Assembly: GCA_002633005.1 (NCBI GenBank)
Contig: NMRA01000029.1
Coordinates: forward strand, 1,088,086-1,152,085
Direction of reading: 5' to 3'
Origin: Phoronis australis
Lineage: Eukaryota; Animalia; Phoronida
Length of the DNA stretch: 64,000 nucleotides
Shown: piece by piece, positions 13,401 to 23,112 of the stretch
Numbering within the stretch: the first letter of the stretch is position 1
How the letters are laid out: the number at the start of each line of letters is the position of its first letter
Translations under genes and position numbers: made by a program
Notes under the pieces: model-generated
The model's database searches: none
What the model saw: only the letters and a program-made list of their open reading frames with translations
Told to the model about the DNA's origin: nothing

Positions 13401-16400
13401 AGGCATATTGACTGATGGTCGTAGTCTGGTTACTAATAGTGAGCTTGACCATGACACGCGCATTGTCCTCGTCCAACCCTTCAACCTAGAGTAACCGGAA
13501 CAAGTCCAAATTTAATACAGTCACAGTAAACAGTACTAGGTGAATATACCTAGTATTTGATGCATTTTCATTTAATTTTGATAATTTCTATATTCCATAA
13601 ATGATGCTTAAGTGGCTAAAGTTTATCAATGTATACGGTAAAATCTCACCAATTTAGGAAAAAACAGTTTATCATTTTTCAAAGGTTTCTAACATTGTGA
13701 ACAGAGTCCACAATTTGTCAGAACCATTGTCTCACAGTAGCTATGGTATAGATCTTTAAAACTGATATAGCTTTTATTTGGTGCTACTCATCTTTATGAG
13801 AAAATGGGAAAATCCAATTTTAATAGTCGGCCATATTATACCCTAAATTGGTGAGATCTTATATACCATATTACAGTGCATTCACACAAGACAGTACGTT
13901 TGTGAACTCTTTCAGAAACATTTCTTTTTACCACAGTGACTGCATCCAAAGAGCCTCCAGAGGGTCTGTCAGAAAAAAGTAGTGAAGCTCCTTTAAAAAG
14001 TTGCATTGCTGCCTGCAACACCCTCATTCAGCCATTTAAAATTTAAAACTTGAGAACATTTGTCTTTTTTCAGATTTTTCACCGGACTTACAAAACGACA
14101 TAAAAAGAGCCCTCTCCCCGAGACTTATTTGAGCCTTGTTTCCAAAAGTGTCCCCATGCTTTTTCCCAAGAGAAAGCTTTTTCTGAAACCCAATTACTAT
14201 ATCTCAAAATCTCCTATCCCCTTTTGCGGAAGGAGCAAAATGCATAATATGTAAAACCCAGTTTTCAAAAGGTAGACGACCTGAAAATGGCCAATGGAAA
14301 CATGCTACAAAACTGAAATCAACAGAAGTCCCCTCAAATAACTGGCATAATTTGGCGCATAAAAAGACCATTTAAAAATCACTGGTGGCAATGAATCACA
14401 AAAATTAATTTCTTGTCTTATACAAAAGATGAATTTGGATTTTTGTTCTGTGTACATGTTGACAAAGAACATTTGACAAAACTTTTTTATCAGTTGTAAA
14501 AAGGTAGCCAGCTTTTTGTCCTTAATAAGTGACAAGCTATCATAGTTCTGCTCGTTACCAATGCGTTAGCCACACCCACTGTTCTTGCCATGCACTTTTT
14601 ATGCTCATGAGAGAACACTTCGCATGTACTGTAATGTATATGATGCATGAAACAGACCACAAACAAATGAAAAGGGGTGTTCAGGTCAGATTAGCAAGAC
14701 TTGTGTTGCATTACAGACACAACAAAGCTCATAAAGGGTGCACGATTTTGTAACTAATAATTCATACGATTAAATACAGTTTGTATCAGCGTTGTCAATG
14801 AGCGTTAATTTATCAGAAAAAATGGCTACTTACTGAACTTTCAAAGATTAAAGGCAAATAAGTGGACGATTAGTCAGTCCAGCCACGCGTTGTCACGATA
14901 ACGACTTATTCTAGCAAAAGGCATCACCACAACAACGCGCACACTGGGGTCACCAGACACGGACCAAATGCAAGTTAAAGAACTACTTTAACAGTTGGAT
15001 TTAGTGTTAGACATGATGAAAGACAATCCTAACCACCAGTATTGGCTTACACGATAAATGTCCCAAGACCAAGTCCTTACAAAGAAGTACCTGGAGTGCA
15101 ATAAACACTCCATAAACACACATCTAACTTATAACCCACCTTGCCATATAAGCCTTTGTGAGCTCCAATCTCTACCATCCCGTATGCTCCTTTCTTGAGC
15201 AACAGCTCATCCTCGTCTTTGGATTTCGATGTATTCTTTTTCACCTCCATATTATGAAGAGCTCTCTTGTCAGCACCTAGACCCATACCTTTGGGTCTAA
15301 TGACAGCATCAACTGGGGCAACTACCCTGGTCAAAAAGGACGTTGTGAGCACAACCATTTTCAACAAGGAAAGGATTTAAGACCCGGAAACACATACAGC
15401 ACAGTGAAAACCCGGTTTTCACAATCAGGTTTTGTGTACTATTAACTTGACTATGTATGAGTTTCAATGGTTACAGTTACTTTCTTTAGCTTTTCTGTCG
15501 GAATAATTCACATTTTGAGAAAATTCGATTCAACTTTTCAAGTTTCGGAATGCAAGGAAACTCAAAGGTGATATTTTTGGTTTATTAAACAATCTCATAT
15601 TCGCTTCGTCATTTCTTTTTTGAAGTTAATGATTTCAAAAAATGTACATATGTGAAGTCTCACTTTGAGTTTTTGCCCACGCCTTGGTCTTCTTTGAAGC
15701 CCATTCCCCGCAACATGGCCATGCCAAAGGATTCGATGGGTATCTTCTCATAGTCTGCATCATCTGCCTGAAATCAATTCATACTTGCACTACTGATGGT
15801 GTTATTTCAGCAACAGTTTTTAAGAATGCGTAAACTTGCTTACTTAATTAAAAGTACCCTTACAATTTTGAAGAATGCATAAACCTGCTTACCTGTGAAA
15901 ACAAACATTATATGGTCTATATTCAAGCAGTGTTTTGTTCGGCTCTTGCAAGTAAAGTAACTGACATAAATACTTAGGTACCCACAATTTCTTTAAAATT
16001 AATAAGCCCATGCCCAGCGTACCTTCCACACCAGACTGTTGAAATTCTGAATTAAACTGAACATGGAGCAAGCACTTTCGATAATTACAAGACTCAACCA
16101 TATGAAAATATCCCACCAATTCAGAACATAATACGGTAGACGTGTGAAATTTATTTTCTGTGACCTATGTGCAGCATCACGTCACTGCTTTTCAGTATAT
16201 TCAAGTCCTGTTCTATAACTACCATAAGGTCAACCCCAACAATGTCACAAGGTGTTGAAAAATAAAGGTGAGAAATTGGCGAGATCTTACCATACACATT
16301 TGAAATAAGTAACGCACTGTAATGGAAATATTTGACAAAAAATCACATCAGTTGGTTATTATATACCTCATCTGGTCGAAGGGAGACATCGAGATTATCA

Positions 16401-19400
16401 TCCGTTTCAAAGCCATCAGGAACCTTGTTCCGCATAAGAAGAGGAACTACCAGGGATGGGTTGTCTTGGTTACGATTGTCCCAGTTTTCATTCGCTGCAG
16501 CAGCATCTAAAACAGTCATCAAATTCAAGAAATGCAGGTTGTTTTTCATCATCACTACAGTGTCACACAAAAAAAGTTTTCAGAGAACTCAGCAAAACAG
16601 GACGAGACATTAAACGTAACAAAAATTGCAGGCAATACAAATAAAGAATAAATAATAATAAAATTATATTCATTTATAAACACAAAAGATATCTTTGTAT
16701 CAATAGTTTTTATAAGAAAATAAATTACAAAAATATAATGGTTTTAAAAACTGAGTAGTAGAAAGCGGAAAATAAATCAAACATAAACTATTTGCAATAA
16801 GAAGTACTACAAGCAGAACATGTATGCTTCTTTGAATAAAAGCAAACAAATTTATGCAAGTTCAAGCTTGCTATAGCGCTCGACACAGGCAAACATTACC
16901 GCTCCAAAATACGAGTGCCAGCAGCATATTCTACACTCACAGTTCCAGATATAGGACTTGTGCAAAGTGACGACCAAAAAGAAAAAAAACGCCAGACATC
17001 GGTCTGCATCCGCACGAGTGAGGCCAACGTCTTGCTCGTATTTTACTTTTTCTACTGGTATTTTCAACCGTGCACTCGCTCATGTTAAGCCCTGATTTGA
17101 CAACAGCTCAATAACTTCAACCAAAATTACGTCACCCTTGGAATAGTTTACATATGCAACAACGGTAGCTTATCTAAGTTGGATTTCATAATATTGTTCA
17201 GCTCCAATAACACTCTCCTACATCCAAGCACAATTCACTTACATAATCAATCAACTTCAATGATCCGTACCTTGTAGAGAGAAATTGCCTGTTAAAGCCT
17301 TGAAAACGGAGATTTATCGCAATTTTGTGTGTGAATAGGCCACGTGAAAATGGAATCTCATAGCCGTAAAAATACCACAAACCATAAACAGTGTTTGTTT
17401 TTCATATTTTCTACATTAGTTTATTAATCGGCATTGGTACATGTGAATTTGAAGCTTGATAACAAACAGAATATGCCTCAACTGACTTCCCCCCCCCACA
17501 CACATTATCCTTGTCCTTGTTTGCACATTTCACAGATAAACTTCATTCCACGGCTTTCACATTCAGGGGGAATTTTAACTTTCAAACATGAAAAATACCT
17601 TCCAAGATCTGTTGAACAGCTTCAGACTCTAGGGTTGATACCGCTGAATCATCACTGATCCTCCACCTATTACGCTCGATCAAAGGGATGACCAATTCTT
17701 TCGGCTTTTCTTTTGGCTTTGTACTGTCAACAAAAATAAAAGTTCAAAGAAGCAATACAATAAATCTCAAGTTTGTGGTTAGCAGAGAATATGTTCAGAC
17801 TACGTTGTACAAGAATCAAAAACCAATTCGAGCCTTTTCAGCCACACTAATGATAGATGTAGACGTTAAATTTTGGATACAAAATAATGATAGTTGCTAA
17901 AATTACCAGTTTCACATTGTTCAAAAGCTTTCAACATTTTGCAACAAATGCTCACTTTTAGCATACGTGTGGTAACAGATACACATTTCAGACCATTTAA
18001 ACGATGACTTCAGGTTTCACTGCATTGAAAATTTTACAGTAGAGAGCATTGCACTATATTGAGGGCTCTCTCTCACTTGAGGGGGAAGGTGCCAGTGCCT
18101 CCTGAGAAGGGAATTGTTTCAGGTTGCCACCAAATCAACTGGGGCTGTGAAAGTGAAAAATGATAATAAAACAGACGGGAATTTTTTTATTCATTGGATA
18201 GGAATTTTTGGGACATATCAGAGGAATTTCGTGTGATTTTGAAATATTTCTAGAAGGGAATGGAGCCAATATTGGACCCCAAAATTGAGGTATCGAGGGC
18301 CCTGAACTGTTTTCATTACGCAACCTGATGTAAGACCAACTCAATCAAGAGTTCGAGAAACAAGGGAAATTTTTTAAGAAAACATCGGAAGAGCCCACTT
18401 CTAGACAAGATAGGACTCTTCACTGGTGGATGACAGTCCAGTCTTAGTCAAGAGATGTTCAATGATCAATCACAGCCTCGTCTTTACAGTTCAGCCTAGG
18501 CCACAATTTTTCTTGGTCACATGACTTGTAATTTTGCATATTTAGGATGAAAAACTGAAAGAGAGATGATTGCAGTTTTGGCAGTGTGTTTTATTTAAAT
18601 TCTGCTCCAATGCAATATTCAGTTAGTCTAAAGAACTGAGTCGGGATTTCTTTTACAATTGTCTATAACATTCCAAACCCCAGAAAAAAACTTTCAAAAA
18701 GGCAATACGATTTAGTACCTGATTGATGTTTGATAAATTGGACCATTTTTAAGTTTTCATTCCAAGATACAGGCACTGCATTCATCTGCAGCTGTTTTGT
18801 TGAGTGGTTCAAATAGGGAGGACAATCAAAAAGTAGGTCACGGCGCTCCATATCTGCCTCCGTGTAAAACCCGCGTCGGTAAATTACCCGATTTCAGACT
18901 TCAAAGTTAACTATAAGACAATTTCGTGTTATAAATCGTTACCTTAGTCTTTATTTGTAAGTTTGTAATCTTTTTGTCTCAAATTATCGCTGATAAATCA
19001 TTTTTTGTAAGCTTTTTTAGCGCACGATTTTCCGCCATGCGATCAACATTCAAAAAGGTACCTCTTGTTCCTCCTATCCAAAAGAGCACTATACTCTCAA
19101 ATACAAACATGAAATTTGGACAGGATGTAGTTTAGATGCGTGCGCATCTCCTCAAGTTATTTTCTCGAAGTCAAGGCCAAGTTTTCATGGCGAGTTTTCG
19201 ATCGTCCGGAAGGCCTAATTTTGGTCGGTCGGGAGATTGATGTTTTTCCAGTTGCGCAATATGCCCCCCCGATTTTTAGATGAGGAATTTATCACTCTTT
19301 TAATTGGTAATTATTTCATTTTCAGAAATTCTGTCAAACTGCTGCGCATTGGCACTTTTCAAACAGCAGTCGTTAGTTCACTAAGTCGCCGCATGTAAGC

Positions 19401-20701
19401 GCCACCATCGGCTACGTTGAAGTTCAATGGCATCGCAACTTCACCGTTCGAAATAAAGTTGTTACAAAGTTTTTGTTGCGTAAATGATGAAATCCTTTAT
19501 GTTAAGAGTGATTTGTTTTCCCAAATGGTCTTTTGTCTACTTTCTGATGTTTTTTGCCATGATACGATCTAATAGTACATGGGTGGCACCCAGCACTGAA
19601 AAAAGTGGGGAGCTTTTGCCTCCCCCAGCCCCCTGTCACTGTCAGGCAATGATGTGTTGCCCATGTAGTAGTATTCAGGGGCAGATCTAGGATTTTTAGA
19701 TAGGAGGGGGGCAGGGCAGAGTATTACGCAGGATTTTATCCGTAAGATATTTGCACCCTCAAACTGCCAAATGAAATATGGGAGTTTTAGGGGGGCCACG
19801 GGCCAGGCCCCCTTGCCCCCCCCCAAATCCACCAATGTGATCTTGTGATTTGATGCGAAATTTCCTCCTAGCTCAGATGTATTTATTTCTGAGCTGATGT
19901 GGTGTCTTTGCTCTTTACCTTTTAAGCTGTATAATCCATTGTTTTCATCAAACATGATGGCCTGTTCTATATGCTATAACAAGACACTTAAACAGCAATA
20001 TCTCTGTAGAAATCGATCTTAATTTTATATAATACATACCACCATGTTTGTCTCAATGAGACGAATCTTTTAATATGCAGCACATGTATATTCTTTTATT
20101 TTTTACGAAATTATGTAAAAAGGCAGATATTTCACGCATAATTGTCGCTTTTCAACGGCCATTTTCTCGTCAACCGCTAATCCAATTTTTCTGATTTTTG
20201 CACCATTTCATTTCTCACACCAAGGGCTTTTCAAAAATGTATGACACATGGGTATTGTAAAAAAAATAATAAAAACGTTGTCCTCCCTAGTTCAAAACAA
20301 GCATCAATGATCCAGACCTGGCATTGCAGGCAAATCAAAAAGGCTACCTTACCAACTGATTTTATACAATATGCATATCGCCTACAAGAACAAGAGAATT
20401 TCTACCAGGATAGTTACTTTGGATTTCTCAAATACAAGCAGTTGGTCACTAGCACCTTAGTCCTTAACTAGCACATTGCATTGGCATTTGCTGTATGTTT
20501 TGCCAAGCCAAGGCTTCGTAGTAGTTCGTACCTTTGAACTTCTTTTCCTTCAACAGATGTAACCAAGTCTGGTTCATTTGGAACATCGCTTGTGTCGTTT
20601 TCACCCAGAGCAGACCTCTTAGTAACTTTTACGTCACTCAAAATCTTTTTGAATCCAAATGAAAGAACAGTTTTCGTTCCAGGTTCGTCAGTGTCCGCCA
20701 T
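1316..20701 (-). CDS. GPKOW: G-patch domain and KOW motifs-containing protein (Spp2/MOS2 family splicing factor), 11 coding exons, ~500 aa
   Basis: Exons 20532-20701, 17599-17723, 16367-16506, 15664-15767, 15140-15326, 13353-13485, 7817-8024, 6866-7004, 5662-5731 (or duplicate 4614-4683), 2997-3082, 1316-1456. Phases join into 1503 nt, ATG to TAG. Motifs: LSFGFKK, ELVIPL, G-patch FGMAMLRGMGFKEDQGVG...RPKGMGLGA, KOW segments WVRPQIRVRLIDKDYKKGRYYNSK and LETVIPK, C-terminal LDYENICEF. Confidence 0.93.
1656..2792. mobile_element. MITE / non-autonomous TIR element
   Basis: 27-bp inverted repeats tgtgacgtcaccggaagtagggcaaaa (1688-1714) / ttttaccctacttccggtgacatcaca (2713-2739), with weaker outer inverted match; outer limits approximate. 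Confidence 0.6.
2997..3082 (-). CDS. GPKOW: GPKOW exon 10 (GISQSMLETVIPKAENSFVIIVHGKERGQ), followed by a GC donor
   Basis: LETVIPK motif; only CAG|GCAAGT gives phase 0 into the last exon. Confidence 0.88.
3194..4581 (-). mobile_element. Non-autonomous Kolobok-type DNA transposon with degenerate THAP domain
   Basis: TIR aggagaatgccacc / ggtggcattctcct with TTAA on both sides. Minus-strand remnant MVWRIAPACVNHEAARKVGIFFFRFPREPEKLKKW* near 4320-4430. Confidence 0.8.
4614..4683 (-). CDS. GPKOW: GPKOW exon 9, copy B (duplicate, probably allelic)
   Basis: Same peptide with one synonymous difference; lies in a block offset by 1048 bp next to the N at 4814. Confidence 0.7.
4815..5152 (+). mobile_element. 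3' part of the same HINE/DINE-1-like element
   Basis: Subterminal inverted repeat aattccgccaag (5116-5127) complementary to 481-492, then hairpin cgctc-ctcc-gagcg and a T-run; Kolobok sequence resumes where it stopped at 478. Confidence 0.6.
5152..5629 (-). mobile_element. Right part of the same Kolobok-type element (matches ~4104-4581)
   Basis: Near-identical; ends ggtggcattctcct-TTAA. Confidence 0.8.
5662..5731 (-). CDS. GPKOW: GPKOW exon 9, copy A (VEVVDVVDKYTCVCRTEDSKVLE)
   Basis: 70-nt exon, AG/GT, in phase; a near-identical copy lies at 4614-4683. Confidence 0.8.
6866..7004 (-). CDS. GPKOW: GPKOW exon 8 (WVRPQIRVRLIDKDYKKGRYYNSK)
   Basis: Conserved KIN17/GPKOW SH3-like segment; AG/GT boundaries. 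Confidence 0.92.
7153..7384. mobile_element. Short degenerate Harbinger-like MITE
   Basis: gggtcccatttcatcaa ... ttgataaaatgggctt inverted ends with ctg on both flanks. Confidence 0.4.
7817..8024 (-). CDS. GPKOW: GPKOW exon 7 (charged low-complexity linker)
   Basis: Open frame with phase 1/2 boundaries linking exons 6 and 8. Confidence 0.82.
8085..8290 (+). mobile_element. Degenerate tRNA-derived SINE fragment (possible Nin/Deu-type core)
   Basis: A-box-like gtggcttggtggtgagcg and core-like catccagtccaggga...ctgaaacc...ggcctgat; recalled similarity only. Confidence 0.3.
8330..8622. mobile_element. Harbinger-like MITE
   Basis: TIR gggcctgtttcattgaaaatgactt / aagtcattttcaatgaaacagaccc. Confidence 0.7.
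9101..11054. mobile_element. Second Kolobok-type non-autonomous element
   Basis: TTAA-ggtaggtgtatacac ... gtgtatccacctacc-TTAA; purine-purine 5' terminus and TTAA duplication. Confidence 0.78.
11612..13238. mobile_element. PIF/Harbinger-type element with nested minisatellite element and two assembly gaps
   Basis: ~34-bp TIR gggctgttccagtaaaatctgtatgggagggggg / cccccctcccaaacagattttgctggaacagccc, with TAA target duplication. Confidence 0.8.
11864..12596. repeat. gccactag(g/a)ggcgc minisatellite array (interior of the HINE-like family also at 33972 and 54736)
   Basis: Repeated ~150-bp subunits in a higher-order unit, matching 34140-35050 and 54940-55780. Confidence 0.75.
13353..13485 (-). CDS. 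GPKOW: GPKOW exon 6 (VEGLDEDNARVMVKLTISNQTTTISQY...)
   Basis: KOW continuation; AG/GT boundaries, in phase. Confidence 0.92.
15140..15326 (-). CDS. GPKOW: GPKOW exon 5 (RPKGMGLGAD...GAHKGLYGK)
   Basis: End of G-patch and start of the first KOW motif; AG/GT boundaries. Confidence 0.92.
15664..15767 (-). CDS. GPKOW: GPKOW exon 4, G-patch (ADDADYEKIPIESFGMAMLRGMGFKEDQGVGKNSK)
   Basis: Classic G-patch signature; AG/GT boundaries. Confidence 0.93.
16367..16506 (-). CDS. GPKOW: GPKOW exon 3 (...VPLLMRNKVPDGFETDDNLDVSLRPDE)
   Basis: AG/GT boundaries; conserved PLL..N..P and DVS.RP motif. Confidence 0.9.
17599..17723 (-). CDS. GPKOW: GPKOW exon 2 (TKPKEKPKELVIPLIERNRW...AVQQILE)
   Basis: AG/GT boundaries, phase-compatible, conserved LVIPL motif. 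Confidence 0.88.
18814..20289. mobile_element. hAT-like non-autonomous element with nested MITE (~19677-19837)
   Basis: TIR tagggaggacaa / ttgtcctcccta flanked by a 7-bp direct repeat gttcaaa; nested caggggcagatctagg...cccccaaatccaccaatg. Confidence 0.65.
20532..20701 (-). CDS. GPKOW: GPKOW coding exon 1 (MADTDEPGTKTVLSFGFKK...EGKEVQ)
   Basis: ATG at 20701, GT donor after 20532; matches the GPKOW N-terminus. Confidence 0.88.
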
Positions 20702-23112
20702 ATTGAGAACTTTAAAAATTATTTTCTCACAGAGAAGAGTGATCATGTATATTTGCCCCTCCTATAGAGGGCTCTGTAGTCCAACCCATAAAACCGTACC
20801 TCAGTAGGCCTGCACTCACTGACAGGACATCGTTGGCATCAAGCGTGACTCGGCTGGCACCTCATCATAATATCACTTCATGCACACTTTGGTGGCGCTG
20901 CGGAAACGATTGTTGCATTAGCCTCATTTTTGCATCAAATAAAGCAAATGTGCTCCAAACATGCAGTGTCCAGTTGCATGAAACAGTCGCAAACAGGGAC
21001 TCAACTAAGAGTTCCGTGAATCCGACAGCGCATTTGTCGGTGCCCGGGCCTCAGCGTGAAAGCACTGATTGTCACGTCTTTTGCAGTTTGAGTCACATTA
21101 CTAAGTAAATTTTTTGTCTTCGGTAAAAACTGAGAGTGAACTGTAGGCCTACATTGAATTCTCATTGCAAATAAGTATGGATTTCACGCAACGCAACCGC
21201 TAAAATTTTTAAAAGGACAAAGTGCTTAGTTGATTAGACTGATTTAAGGGCTCGGTTTTTAGTTATATAATTAGAAAATGTAATTAGTCAAAGGAGAGCT
21301 AATAAAGAAGATAAAATGATAGAAATATATTGCATCTGCTCCTATACGAAACAAATACGAAAAAGATTTAGGGAATTTAGTCGAGTCCCTATTTTTGGAC
21401 TGTTCAGTTCATGCAACCGGGCCATGAACCACTGTGGTTTCGAGACAGCACCTCGTTTTCAAGCATAATGGGGAATTAATGCAATTTTTTGGAAGTAGGG
21501 CATACGTAGAACCACTATCTGACATTCTCTGACGGTAAAGTTTGTTCCGTGGAAGACTTCCAGGCATTTTTCGTCCAGATAACGAGACAAGTCTGCCAGT
21601 CATCTTTTCAAGCTTGCTAGAAATCCTTGCCTCCTATCGGAGTCCTGTTGCAGTTAAGCACATGAGACCTTTCACGCTACAGTAAGTTTGATTTACACAC
21701 GGCCACCAGTGCGGCAGTTGGGAATTTAGGCCATGTAGGACCCTAGAAAAATGTCTAACTTTGGCTAACTTCGAAACAACAAATATCAGAAATGACTGGT
21801 CGGATTCAAGTGGAATTTCAAGATAATATGCTTGATGCACTCACTGCCACTCTATTAGGAATTATTTTTAAACCCCACTTTTGTATGAAGTTCTATCAAA
21901 AATATGATTTATGAAAAAAAACACACAAAAATTGCTCAAACGCAAACGAGCTGTTTCTTTAGAAAACCGTAACATCGTATTTGGAAGAACCGAAGACTCA
22001 ACAGCTGATGGAGTGGGGCTGTCGTTTGTCTACGTACAAATCTATGAGGTAAGCCCAGTGAAATATGAATACTTAATGCCGGCTGAAATGGACTAGAACC
22101 TATCGTGCTATGTTTGTCTTTAATATCTTTTAATGCGACTCGTCCAAAGTGAGGGTTCATTAAAGATCAGGCCGCAATTTGACCACGAAGCCACATGAGC
22201 AAGATAACACCCCATTGTGGGACCAAGGGGGTTGCTTTAATGTCCCAAACCATTGCTTTTGTGGAAAGTCATCGGAAAGAGGGGATATCGGGCTCACGAA
22301 ATATCGAGCCGGAGTAATGTAGGAACGGGAGAACATTGGGAATGGAAAACAGCGGTGCTTGGATATATCGAGATTAAATAGAAATAGACTACAAGGAAAT
22401 ACCACCACTGATCTGACTGTAACAATTAAAAATATTTTAGTAAAACAGAAAAGTTGCCTTTGCAGTTAACACGGATTTTGTCGTTTCAACGAAAACATTT
22501 TGCCATGTTTAGCCATTTTGTACTTAATAGAAGTTATTTGACTAGTTGTGTCGCAACAATGTACCGATGTCACCCAAGTGTCAGAACTTTTCGAAGGTCT
22601 ATGTGGATCTTCTAGAAAGAACACAATTTCCTTAACAGAAAATGATTCATAGATTGACAAAATTGTAAAAATATGTGACACTGTGTGTACACATTCAGTG
22701 TTTTAGAGTTGAAAAGACTGAGAGACGGTAAAATACAAAAATCACATTGATAAATATTTTTATTGAAAAAAATGAAAAGCGTGCTCTCATTGTTGGAAGC
22801 AGTGAAAGTCAGATCGGTAACGACCATTTAGCAATATAGAGTTTGACATTTACTTCAAGTCACAAAACCGTTGTGTATAAATACGGCAACTGCCAGTGAT
22901 TGACTGAAGAGGCAGCATACAGCACCAAGTCTTGTTCATTACTTATACATTATATAAGGGCATATTTTTCTCGAAAATAAACAGCTGATGTGGAACTTTT
23001 TAAATAACAATCCTTATGATAAATCTTGACACTTGGGAGAATTGAAGTTGCCCCCCCCCCCCGACAGTCACGAGACGAAAGAACTGGAGCTAATGTACGT
23101 GAACCTAATGCG

